Below are positions 1 through 9,046 of a DNA stretch of 64,000 nucleotides, piece after piece (positions within the stretch are counted from its first letter, which is position 1; the number at the start of each line of letters is the position of its first letter). The notes under the pieces were generated by a model that was not told the DNA's origin, made no database searches, and saw nothing but the letters and a program-made list of their open reading frames with translations. The position numbers and the translations under genes were made by a program. The DNA comes from Candidatus Omnitrophota bacterium (GTDB taxonomy: Bacteria > Omnitrophota > Gorgyraeia > Zapsychrales > Zapsychraceae): NCBI GenBank assembly GCA_023247445.1, contig JAHFGL010000003.1, positions 14,128-78,127 of the forward strand, written 5' to 3'.

Positions 1-1
1 T

Positions 2-766
2 GAAACTGGTGAAGTGATGCTGGATCTCTCTCGGGGAAAAATGTTTCGAGACAACGAAATTGCCAAATTTAATAGTATTGGATTAGATGAGAAAAGAGTT
101 TCGGGGATTTTAGCAGGAACAGAGGCATTTGATTTGGACTCGGTTCAAGGGGATGTCTTCGGTTCTTTTGGATTTATCACTGATAATCAAGTTTTTCAGA
201 TGGAAGCGCCAAAAGAAGACGGCGATGATATTGTTGTCCGCGGTTTAGTCATGAGTTTGGAGAATGGAAGAATTAAAGTTGAGATGGTTGAGGGGCGAGG
301 GAATAGAAACAAACTATTGCAGGAAGATGATGAAGATGTTTTGGTCTATTCAGTTGTTGGCGATGGTTTTTACGCCGACGAAGCGCTTGTGACAACGAAA
401 CCAAGTGAAACAATGCAAGAATTTGAAGCTGCTTCTGCACCAGATAAGAAGACGAATTTAGGAGAGAAGAAGTACGGTGGTATCAATCTTAATCCGGCGC
501 TACTTGATCTTCAGATCAAACGCGATGGGCAGGGGATTCCACTACCGATGAATCAACAGCCGATTGAAAATATGCATATTGAAGGATTTTTACCGGTCTT
601 TATTAAACTCACGACGATTACCGATTTGCCGCTGATGCTAGGAATTAATATTCCGGCAGACAAGAAAGATGACGAGAAGACTGATATTAGTTTCAATGTA
701 AGTAGCTTGCCGGTTGAGTATCGTGAAGAGTTTTTGGCGAAAGAGTTGGAGTTGGTGGAAGTGTAG
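2..766 (+). CDS. C-terminal part of a large modular secreted protein (5' truncated by window edge)
   Basis: Frame is open to the left edge (gaa act ggt gaa gtg); DEALVT linker at 377-394, then YGGINLNPALLDLQIKRD...GFLPVFI...LPLMLG tail resembling the C-terminus of 44998..49578. Confidence 0.8.
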   Translation, partial: ETGEVMLDLSRGKMFRDNEIAKFNSIGLDEKRVSGILAGTEAFDLDSVQGDVFGSFGFITDNQVFQMEAPKEDGDDIVVRGLVMSLENGRIKVEMVEGRGNRNKLLQEDDEDVLVYSVVGDGFYADEALVTTKPSETMQEFEAASAPDKKTNLGEKKYGGINLNPALLDLQIKRDGQGIPLPMNQQPIENMHIEGFLPVFIKLTTITDLPLMLGINIPADKKDDEKTDISFNVSSLPVEYREEFLAKELELVEV

Positions 767-860
767 TTAGGGTATTAGGTGATTTGGTGATTAGGGACAG
801 GGGATTAGGTTAGTAGGATATTAGGGACTGAGAGTTAGCGGATTAGGGAATTAGGGACTG
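764..860. repeat. G/T-rich low-complexity repeat (TTAGGGA/ATTAGG units), left flank of four-helix-bundle gene
   Basis: tagggtattaggtgatttggtgattagggacagggattagg...; complementary to 1293-1351. Confidence 0.75.
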
Positions 861-886
861 AAAGGTTGCAAGAAAGGAGGATAGTG

Positions 887-1270
887 ATGCCTACGTTTAA
901 AGATTTATGGATTTGGAAAGAATCTCATCAATTAATGCTTGAGATCCACGAGTTAGCTAAGAAGTTACCTGCCGAAGAAAAATTCAGAAAACGAGATCAA
1001 ATAGAAAGATCATCTTCTTCCATCGCTGATAATATTGCCGAAGGTTACGCGGCGTATTATTACAATGATAAGATAAAAACTTTCTACATTGCGCGTAAAG
1101 AAGTAGCAGAGACTCAAAATCACATTGAGGCTTTGGTAGGAAAGAATTATTTGGATAGAAAACAAGCTGATCTTTGGATTAATCAATATAATCGAATAAT
1201 TGCTGGTATTAATGGGTTAGTTGCTTATATTCGCGATAAAAGTCGAAGTGAAGCGCAAAAGAAAAGGTAA
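887..1270 (+). CDS. four helix bundle protein (23S rRNA-IVP-like family)
   Basis: FKDLWIW...LPAEEKF..RDQIERSSSSIADNIAEG...F.IAR.E..ET motif; RBS aggagg before ATG 887. Confidence 0.9.
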   Translation: MPTFKDLWIWKESHQLMLEIHELAKKLPAEEKFRKRDQIERSSSSIADNIAEGYAAYYYNDKIKTFYIARKEVAETQNHIEALVGKNYLDRKQADLWINQYNRIIAGINGLVAYIRDKSRSEAQKKR

Positions 1271-1292
1271 TTTGGTTATTGGGTCCATCGAC

Positions 1293-1351
1293 GTCCCTAT
1301 TCCCCTAATAATCTAATCACCAGTCCCTATTCACCCAATAACCTAATATCC
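1293..1351. repeat. C/A-rich low-complexity repeat, right flank, inverted relative to 764-860
   Basis: gtccctattcccctaataatctaatcaccagtccctattcacccaataacctaatatcc. Confidence 0.75.
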
Positions 1352-1446
1352 TTTTTCCATTCTTTCTCCTAAAAAAATCCTTCCCTATCCCGTTCCTTAA
1401 TGCTATCTTATTTTTTGAAAACTCCCTGCAATTTTATTTATTCTTC

Positions 1447-1585
1447 GTCATTCTGAGCGATAGCGCACTGACTTTTCCATATTTATATTTAGATGAAGTC
1501 AGTACGTACCAACTTCATCTAAAACTATTAAGGAAAGTTGGTGCGAAGAATCTCCTGAGATCCTTCGGCTTTGCCTCAGGATGAC
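1447..1585. repeat. REP-like palindrome copy 1 with nested 77-bp insert (1466-1542)
   Basis: gtcattctgag...ctcaggatgac termini; insert flanked by GCG direct repeats. Confidence 0.9.
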
Positions 1586-1616
1586 GAAAAATAAGAATTA
1601 ATATATTAAGGCATTG

Positions 1617-3788
1617 ATGTTGTTTGCGCAAAACTCCAAAGATTCTTCATCCCCGTTTTCCCTTCCTGTTTTATTCTTCATCACGTTTCTCTTATGGATC
1701 TTTGCTTTTAAGGATTTTGTTTTTGACAAGATCACGCTAAGCTCGGATGCCTTGGCCTATTATGAACATTTTAAGGTTTTTACTGATGGTCTAAGGCGCG
1801 GGGTTTTCCCAATGTGGGATCCAACCTGGATCACAGGCATTCCAGAAGAATTCTTTTTGCGTCGGATGGGATCATTTAATCCCTTTATTTGGATTATTAT
1901 TATATTTAATAAAATTGGAATTCCTTACAACATTGCCTATCTTCTTTTCTTAAGTTGTTATTATTTTTTTGGCATGGTCGGATTCTATTTATTAGCCAAA
2001 CGCATAATAAAAGATTCTGCCATCGCTTTCTTGGCATATCTACTTCTGATGTTTTCTTCGCTGGGGACAAGAATGTTTGATTCCTATATTCTCCTTACCT
2101 TTGTCCCGATGGTCTGGTTTTTTTTCTTCTGCGTTGCCTTTTGTCAAAATCCGCAGCGGTTTTATTTCTTGGGCCTTATTTTTAGTCTGATGATTTTGTT
2201 TACAACCTACATCCCATTTTATTTTATAACTATCTTTTTAACATTCTTGATTTCTTTGGTGATCTTGTATTTTGCGCAATTAAAAGAGATCGCCGCAAAA
2301 GCGTTGTTTTTTATAAAGGGGAACAAAGGTTTTGTTATTTTGTGCTGTTTGTTCTTTTTCATATCTCTTTGGCCGGGCTGTTTATTTTATAAAGAAGCGC
2401 AGAAGGGGGAGATGGTATTTTTTGAGCGGCATTCGACCTCGAGCGTTTCAAACCAGGTCAGCGTTGGCATTGAAACTGTCACAAGCTGGGGAATCGAGGA
2501 AGATATTGCTTACGCGAGCGCCTTCACCGATTTGAAACGATTTAAGTTTGCCATTCTTTATATATCCTTTTTTGCCTATTTGATTTTTCTTTTGGGCATT
2601 ATTACTGATGTTAACAGAAAAATTCTGTTTCTTTTTGTCTGGGCGGGCCTGCTTATTCTAATAACGACGCCGCGTCTTAGTGGGATTTATGATTATCTTT
2701 ATCAACATGTTTTCTATTTTAAATATTTCCGGAATCTTCATTTCTTCCTGTGGCTAGTTTTACTTCCCATATTTATTCTTTTTTTATCTGGGCAATTAAA
2801 AAATTTATTATCTTTTCAACCTAAGACCAAAACCGGTCGAATTGGTTTTTTAACATTTATTACGTTAGTCCATGCTGGTTTTCTCTACTTTATCTATTCT
2901 CAGGGAAGCAATATCGCCAGCTCTTATGCAGTTGTCATTTTAAGTTGGTTGTTTCTAACGTTATATTTCTTGGGGCGGATTAAAACGTGTTATTTGCCCA
3001 TTATATTTTTGGTCATTGTGATTATCCAGCCGCTGGAGGTTTATCATTATTTATCGCGCAACTCTATCCCCAAGGTTAAAAGTTTTAAACATGTGTATGA
3101 ATCTGATTATTTGTTTCCCAGGATGATACAAACTGAAAATAAATTGATAGAAATGAAGCAAAGTTTTGCCCAGGAGATAAAGGGATTATCTCACTATGCT
3201 GAAAATAAAACGTCCAATTCTTACATTGGACTTAAGTGGATGAATCTTTTTAAGAATAATTTGAATTTAAAGATATTTGATGAATACTCGGCCTATAAGA
3301 TTGTTCTTTATGATCATGTCGAATGGATGAAAGATGACCAAGTTGATTTTGAGCGTCTGGGTAAGGCTATTGCCAACAGCGAAAACGTTGCGTTTATTTC
3401 TGAGTCGCCTCAGAAAGAGGGAGTGGGTGCTTTAGGATCATCAGCGCAAATTATTACAGCTGAATCTAAGGAGGTAAAGATTTTGAAATATGATTTTAAT
3501 GACGTGATATTAAAAACTAATCTCAATAAAGAGAAATTTTTAGTTTATAACGATAGCTATCATAGTGGTTGGCATGTGTTTATCGATGGGAAAGAGGCGC
3601 CCTTATTTCGAACGAATGTTGCCTTTAAAGGTGTTTGGGTGCCCGCGGGAGAACATCAGGTATGGTTTCGCTTTGGCACAGCGCTTGATTATTTTCGAAA
3701 TTATTTTCTTCTTATGATGTTTTATGCCGTTTTTATTTATTTATTATTTCTGGGAAAGAATTTGTATTCTCAAAAAGTGATTAATTAA
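1617..3788 (+). CDS. YfhO-like polytopic membrane protein (GT-C-type glycosyltransferase)
   Basis: Multi-TM; N-terminal G.FP.WDP...G.P; C-terminal FLVYNDSYHSGW...N.AFKGVWVPAGEH typical of YfhO. Confidence 0.75.
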   Translation: MLFAQNSKDSSSPFSLPVLFFITFLLWIFAFKDFVFDKITLSSDALAYYEHFKVFTDGLRRGVFPMWDPTWITGIPEEFFLRRMGSFNPFIWIIIIFNKIGIPYNIAYLLFLSCYYFFGMVGFYLLAKRIIKDSAIAFLAYLLLMFSSLGTRMFDSYILLTFVPMVWFFFFCVAFCQNPQRFYFLGLIFSLMILFTTYIPFYFITIFLTFLISLVILYFAQLKEIAAKALFFIKGNKGFVILCCLFFFISLWPGCLFYKEAQKGEMVFFERHSTSSVSNQVSVGIETVTSWGIEEDIAYASAFTDLKRFKFAILYISFFAYLIFLLGIITDVNRKILFLFVWAGLLILITTPRLSGIYDYLYQHVFYFKYFRNLHFFLWLVLLPIFILFLSGQLKNLLSFQPKTKTGRIGFLTFITLVHAGFLYFIYSQGSNIASSYAVVILSWLFLTLYFLGRIKTCYLPIIFLVIVIIQPLEVYHYLSRNSIPKVKSFKHVYESDYLFPRMIQTENKLIEMKQSFAQEIKGLSHYAENKTSNSYIGLKWMNLFKNNLNLKIFDEYSAYKIVLYDHVEWMKDDQVDFERLGKAIANSENVAFISESPQKEGVGALGSSAQIITAESKEVKILKYDFNDVILKTNLNKEKFLVYNDSYHSGWHVFIDGKEAPLFRTNVAFKGVWVPAGEHQVWFRFGTALDYFRNYFLLMMFYAVFIYLLFLGKNLYSQKVIN

Positions 3789-4708
3789 TGATCAAATTTT
3801 TCTCGTTTATAACTCGAAAAGTATTTTTTCTCTACATTGTAATCTTTTTTATCGCTTATCGTTTTTTGGATTATCAAAGCGTATTTGAGATTAGTCGGTT
3901 GAAAACCTTGAACCGGCTTGTGCCGCCGTCTTTTAGTGGTCTTGTCCAATATAGTCAGGGCACAGAACAGTTAAAGAAAGAGGACTTAGAAAGTTATTTG
4001 TATTATTTTAATAAAGTCATAGAATATGTTCCCTATGAGTCAGACCTGGCGGATGCGTATGGCATGTTGGGATTTTGTTACTATGCCAAGGGAGAGCCGC
4101 ACAAGGCGATTGATTTTTACAAAAAAGCCATCGGTCTTAATCCGCATTTCTTTTGGTTTCACTATAACCTTGGTCTTATTTATTACAAACAAGGCCGTTA
4201 TAAGGAAGCGATGGATAGTTTGGATCATGCTATTTCTTCAAATCCGGGAGTTATTGTTGAAGTACTGAAAACATCCAGGATTTACCGCCAGGTTATGGAG
4301 TTATCAAAGTATTCTACGCAAAACATGGACATTGGATTAAAGACAGTTTATCGCAATGCTTATTTGCTTTTGATTACGATGCATGATGCTCGTAAAGATT
4401 ATCCAAAGATGTTTGATTATGCCGGTGTTGCTATTGAGGTGAAGCTAGATGATGACGGTTTATTTTATTTTTATCAGGGATTGGCAGCCTATCGTTTGAA
4501 ATCATATAATAATGCGATTTTTGCTCTACAGGAAAGTCTTCGCCGAAACCAAAACAATGCCGACACTTTTTATTATTTTGGTTTATCATTAGATGCTGTT
4601 GGGAAAAAAGATTATGCGCAGGCCTTTTTGAAGCAAGCCGAGGTGAGAAGAAGAGTTACCCAGGGGTATTCGTTTGACCCACAGAAGGTTAATTTAAAAA
4701 TATTTTGA
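3788..4708 (+). CDS. membrane-anchored TPR protein
   Basis: N-terminal TM; AYGMLGFCYY..G...KAI..YKKAI.LNP TPR repeats. Confidence 0.85.
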   Translation: MIKFFSFITRKVFFLYIVIFFIAYRFLDYQSVFEISRLKTLNRLVPPSFSGLVQYSQGTEQLKKEDLESYLYYFNKVIEYVPYESDLADAYGMLGFCYYAKGEPHKAIDFYKKAIGLNPHFFWFHYNLGLIYYKQGRYKEAMDSLDHAISSNPGVIVEVLKTSRIYRQVMELSKYSTQNMDIGLKTVYRNAYLLLITMHDARKDYPKMFDYAGVAIEVKLDDDGLFYFYQGLAAYRLKSYNNAIFALQESLRRNQNNADTFYYFGLSLDAVGKKDYAQAFLKQAEVRRRVTQGYSFDPQKVNLKIF

Positions 4709-4712
4709 TTGT

Positions 4713-6950
4713 ATGACTAAATATCTAAGAAAAGTTAAACAGTTTTTTCGTTTGGACAACATTGCTTTCTTGCTGTGTCTGGCGTTTTTGATTTGGTTTT
4801 ATGCTTTCCGAGGATTTTTGTTAGATAAATTGACACTCACCTCGGATGCCATGGCCTATTATGATCATTTTAAATTTTTTGCCGATGCTTTAAAGCGTGG
4901 GGTGTATCCTTTATGGGATCCAACCTTTGAGCATGGGATCCCGGTCGAGTTTTTCTTGCGTCGGATAGGTTCTTTTAATCCACTCATTCTTTTCCCATTT
5001 CTTCTTAATAAGCTTGGGATACCTCATGTTTTATCGTATTTATTTTTCTTAGGATTTTATTATTTCTTAGGGATGATTGGGTTTTATTTAATTGCCAAGA
5101 AAATCTTTAAGAATCCCGCGGTCGCCTTTGTTGCTTGTTTACTTCTTATGTTTTCTTCACTGGGGACTCGCCTATTTGATTCGTATATCTTGTTAACGTT
5201 TATTCCCATGGTATGGTTTTTTTATTTTTGCGTGTCATTTTTTGATAGGCCGCAACGATTTTATTTTATCGGCATGATTTTTACGCTAATGATTTTGTTT
5301 GTAACGTATATTCCGTTTTATTTTATTACCATTTTGGGGGCTTTTCTTATTTTGTTTGGTATCTTTTATTTTTCTCATCTTGCCAGCGTTATTAATCGTG
5401 TGAAAGAATTCTTTAAAGGTAACCGCATCTTTGGTGCCTTGTGTCTTTTAGCTTTTTTAATATCGTTATGGCCAGGATATGCGTTTTATAAAGAAACGAA
5501 AGCAGGCGGGCCCGATGCAACCTTGGGAGATAACACAGCGGAGTTTATTTTGCCGGAACGACATGCGACATCCACCTCAGATAGTCAGATCGGGGTCGGG
5601 ATCTCAACAAGTACGTCCTGGGGTATAGAAGAAGATTTGGCCTATAGTCAACACTTTCGAGATTATAAAGAAATTGGATTTGCGGTTGTGTATATCCCCA
5701 TATATGCCTTTATTTTGTTTTGGATTGGGGCTTTTGCAACAACCCAGAGAAATTTTTTCCTTCTCTTTGGGTGGGGGTGTCTTTTGTTATTTATGACGAC
5801 CCCGCGGATTACGGGTCTTTATGAATTCTTGTATGACCATGTTTTTTATTTTAAATATTTTAGAAACTTACATTTCTTCCTTTGGCTGATTTTGCTACCG
5901 CTTTTTATTCTTGTCTTGGCCCAACAATTAAAGAGTTTCTTAAATTTTAAACCACAACGACAAGCCCAGCGGCATGGATTGTTGGCTTTTCTTGCCGTGA
6001 TCCATATCGGTTTTGCAATCTTGGCCTATCTTCAAGGGCAAAATATTGTGTCAACGTATGCCGTTATCGGATTAAGCTTCGGGGTTTTGGTGGCGCATGT
6101 CTACGGATGGCTTAATCCCCGTTATTTACCTGCGTTATTTTTGCTTCTGGTGGTTACTCAACCCCTCGAGGTTTATCATTATTTGAGTAAGAACGCGGTT
6201 ATTAAAGAATATAAATATCGATACGATGAGCCAAATTATTATTTGTCTTTAGGAGCTCAATACAACGATAAAGATCTGTTTAAAGTTCAAGCTGAGAATA
6301 AGGATTTAGTAGGGAATATTGATCAGGTTGTTGATAAGAAGTCAACGCGATCTTATATCAATGTTAAATGGAAAAGTTTCCTTGAGGAAAATTTAAATTC
6401 CACCGTTTATGGGAATTATATGCTTTGTAAAGCACTTCTCTATGATCATGTTGAGTGGATTGATGATGATCATATGGATTTAGAACGTATCGGTAAGGCT
6501 TTTCAGAAATTAGAGAATACAGTCTTTGTGTCTGTTGGCAAGGGAGAGCACCCTCAGGAAGAAGGGGCTATAAAATCTGGATCCAAACCAGAGATTCTTA
6601 CGAAGGATTCAAAGAATCTCCAGATTTTAGAATCTGATTTTAATCATTTTAAAATTAAAGTTCGTTCAGATCGGCCCAAATTTCTTGTTTATAACGACAG
6701 TTATCATAGCGAATGGCAGGTTTTTGTTAATGGCCAGAAAATGCCGTTATATCGAGCGAATATAGCCTTTAAAGGTGTTTGGGTCCCCGCTGGTGAGAGT
6801 GTTGTTTATTTTCGTTATGGCTCGCCGACACGTTATTTTAGAAATTATTTGCTACTAGCGGTATTTTATAGCATGTTTATTTATTTGCTGCTGTTATGGT
6901 ATCAATTTTATAGAAAAAAATCCGGAGTAATCCATCCTCATGAAGTTTAA
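4713..6950 (+). CDS. YfhO-like polytopic membrane protein, paralog of 1617..3788
   Basis: Shared blocks FSSLGTR, HVFYFKYFRNLHFFLW, FLVYNDSYHS, AFKGVWVPAG. Confidence 0.75.
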   Translation: MTKYLRKVKQFFRLDNIAFLLCLAFLIWFYAFRGFLLDKLTLTSDAMAYYDHFKFFADALKRGVYPLWDPTFEHGIPVEFFLRRIGSFNPLILFPFLLNKLGIPHVLSYLFFLGFYYFLGMIGFYLIAKKIFKNPAVAFVACLLLMFSSLGTRLFDSYILLTFIPMVWFFYFCVSFFDRPQRFYFIGMIFTLMILFVTYIPFYFITILGAFLILFGIFYFSHLASVINRVKEFFKGNRIFGALCLLAFLISLWPGYAFYKETKAGGPDATLGDNTAEFILPERHATSTSDSQIGVGISTSTSWGIEEDLAYSQHFRDYKEIGFAVVYIPIYAFILFWIGAFATTQRNFFLLFGWGCLLLFMTTPRITGLYEFLYDHVFYFKYFRNLHFFLWLILLPLFILVLAQQLKSFLNFKPQRQAQRHGLLAFLAVIHIGFAILAYLQGQNIVSTYAVIGLSFGVLVAHVYGWLNPRYLPALFLLLVVTQPLEVYHYLSKNAVIKEYKYRYDEPNYYLSLGAQYNDKDLFKVQAENKDLVGNIDQVVDKKSTRSYINVKWKSFLEENLNSTVYGNYMLCKALLYDHVEWIDDDHMDLERIGKAFQKLENTVFVSVGKGEHPQEEGAIKSGSKPEILTKDSKNLQILESDFNHFKIKVRSDRPKFLVYNDSYHSEWQVFVNGQKMPLYRANIAFKGVWVPAGESVVYFRYGSPTRYFRNYLLLAVFYSMFIYLLLLWYQFYRKKSGVIHPHEV

Positions 6951-7863
6951 ACCACAAATCAAATGGTTATTATTTCTTAATAGGGCGATTATTTTTTATC
7001 TTCTTTTATTTGTTGTCCTGGCGGTTTCTCTAAATCAAACCAGAACAAAATTAAAAGTTAATCTCTTGGCCCTTAATCGTTTAATGCCGTCTTTTGATTA
7101 TTTGGTTAGCTTTGAGGCAGGCGCGGCGCCTTTTAAGGCCAGTGAATTTGATAAATATGTCGACTACTATGAAAATTTTGTTAAATTCGTCCAGGATAGG
7201 CCAGAGGCGTATACGATGCTTGGGTTTTGTTATTATCATATGGGAAAAACAAAGAAGGCGATTTCATTTTATGAAAAGGCGATTAAGTTAGATCCTGATT
7301 ATTTTTGGCCTTATTACAATTTAGGATTAATTTATTTTAAAGAAGGGGATTTTGCGGGGGCAGTTAATTATCTTGGTAAGGCGGTTGATATCAGCCCAGA
7401 TTATTCTTTCAAACTTGTCCGCAATTCAAAACTTTATCGTCCCATTCAAGCGGTCAGTAGTGTTAATTCAGATTTTAAAGCTTTAAAAAAGATGAAGGTT
7501 TACTACACCTATTCTTATAATCTTTTGATTCTAAGTTATATTCAGATGGGAAATTTTCAGAAGGCTTTTGAGGCGGCCAATTTTGGGATTAATTCTAATT
7601 TTGGTCATCAAGATTTTCTTCATTATTATGCAGGGTTAGCCAATTTAAAAATGGGAAACCCTAAATTAGCCATTGTTTATTTTAGAGAATGTATAAACAA
7701 GAATAAGAATTATGTTGATGCTTACAAAGGGTTAGCCCAGGCGCTTATCGCGATGGGAGAAAAAGAGCGGGCGAAAGAGGTGACCAATGCGACCCCATTT
7801 CTATCCAAAGAAAATCCACAAGATATGTTTGACCCAAAGTTAATAAGGTTACAACTTTTTTAA
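6940..7863 (+). CDS. membrane-anchored TPR protein, paralog of 3788..4708
   Basis: LNRL.P, MLGFCYY, YNLGLIY, terminal FDP...L.(I/L)F shared. Confidence 0.85.
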   Translation: MKFKPQIKWLLFLNRAIIFYLLLFVVLAVSLNQTRTKLKVNLLALNRLMPSFDYLVSFEAGAAPFKASEFDKYVDYYENFVKFVQDRPEAYTMLGFCYYHMGKTKKAISFYEKAIKLDPDYFWPYYNLGLIYFKEGDFAGAVNYLGKAVDISPDYSFKLVRNSKLYRPIQAVSSVNSDFKALKKMKVYYTYSYNLLILSYIQMGNFQKAFEAANFGINSNFGHQDFLHYYAGLANLKMGNPKLAIVYFRECINKNKNYVDAYKGLAQALIAMGEKERAKEVTNATPFLSKENPQDMFDPKLIRLQLF

Positions 7864-7872
7864 AATCGCTGC

Positions 7873-9039
7873 ATGAATCTAAAAGAAAAAGTTTTCTCCA
7901 AATTCCCCGTATGGTGTTTTATCGTTTTTGCTGCGATGTGCCTTCTTCATTATTTTTCCCTGCGGCCGTTATGGCTTGATGAACAATTCATTTTAAATAA
8001 CATTCAAGATTATAATTATGTCCAAGTTTTTGGTCCTTTAAAGAATCTGCAGGCTTTTCCCCGGGTTTATTTGGTTGTAGTCAAAGCTTTTTCACAGGCA
8101 TTTGATTATCATTTGCTTTCACTGCGGTTTTTTTCTTTGGTTTTTATGCTGGGCGCTTTTGTAATCTGGATAAAGCTGTATCAACGCCAGTGGCAAGACA
8201 AGGTGGGGATATTTTTATCGATATTATCTTTTACCGTTAGTTATCAATTGGTCTATTATTCTGCTGAACTCAAACCTTATTCGATGGATGTTTTAGCGGT
8301 TGGATTATTTTGTTTGTTTTTTTACTATCAACAACAATTTGTTAGTAAGAGTCCAACAGCTTGGCTGTATTGTACGAGCATTCTTTTACCTTTCTTGATT
8401 TTCTTTTCCTATGCGGGTTGTTTCGTGTTTTGGATGGTCGGTTATAATTTTATAATTCTTATCCGAGATAACAAAAAGTTGATTCCCGTTTTTCTGGTCA
8501 ATGCCGCTGTGTCTTTATTGTGCCTGGCCCTTCTTTATTTTATCGATTTAAGGCATGGCATGTATATGAACGGGTTTTATCAGTATTGGAAAAATTATTT
8601 TTTAGGCATAAATTCTTTTACGGCCTTTATAACTCCGTTTGGCGAGGCCTTAAAAGAAATTGGAACATGGTGGTATGGCAATACTAAGTTATTAATCCGC
8701 ATGGCAACCCCGTTTTTGCCTTTATTGGTATTTTCTTTGGCGAAATATGGCTTTGGCGGATGGAAGAAAAATGGCTGGGGAATTTTTACGATCCCGCGGA
8801 TGTTTGGTGTTCTTTTTGTGGAATTGATCATTTTAAGCATTTGCCACAAATATCCTTTTACCGGTGATCGCATCACATTATTTCTGGCGCCATTTGTTTT
8901 TTATATGATTGTTAAAGGGATTGATAGCTTACGGAAGATTAAGATTCTTCATGCCATTTGCTTTGGGTATTATTTATTTTTTCTGGGCGTTTGTTTGGTT
9001 AGCAGCTTTCTCCATTATCTGAGTCTTTACAAACAGTAG
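7873..9039 (+). CDS. GT-C (ArnT/PMT-like) membrane glycosyltransferase
   Basis: RPLWLDE first loop, LRFFSL, YSAELKPYS motifs; multi-TM. Confidence 0.75.
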   Translation: MNLKEKVFSKFPVWCFIVFAAMCLLHYFSLRPLWLDEQFILNNIQDYNYVQVFGPLKNLQAFPRVYLVVVKAFSQAFDYHLLSLRFFSLVFMLGAFVIWIKLYQRQWQDKVGIFLSILSFTVSYQLVYYSAELKPYSMDVLAVGLFCLFFYYQQQFVSKSPTAWLYCTSILLPFLIFFSYAGCFVFWMVGYNFIILIRDNKKLIPVFLVNAAVSLLCLALLYFIDLRHGMYMNGFYQYWKNYFLGINSFTAFITPFGEALKEIGTWWYGNTKLLIRMATPFLPLLVFSLAKYGFGGWKKNGWGIFTIPRMFGVLFVELIILSICHKYPFTGDRITLFLAPFVFYMIVKGIDSLRKIKILHAICFGYYLFFLGVCLVSSFLHYLSLYKQ

Positions 9040-9046
9040 TCTAACC

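Noticed and set aside
764-860. Telomeric TTAGGG repeats or eukaryotic contamination
   Set aside because: Units are irregular, embedded in bacterial gene context and mirrored after the gene
887-1270. Avd accessory gene of a diversity-generating retroelement
   Set aside because: Same fold class, but no reverse transcriptase or TR/VR pair was seen in the window
1447-1585. Integron attC sites or CRISPR repeats for the palindrome family
   Set aside because: Copies are dispersed singly among core genes, lack RYYYAAC/GTTRRRY ends, and no integrase is present
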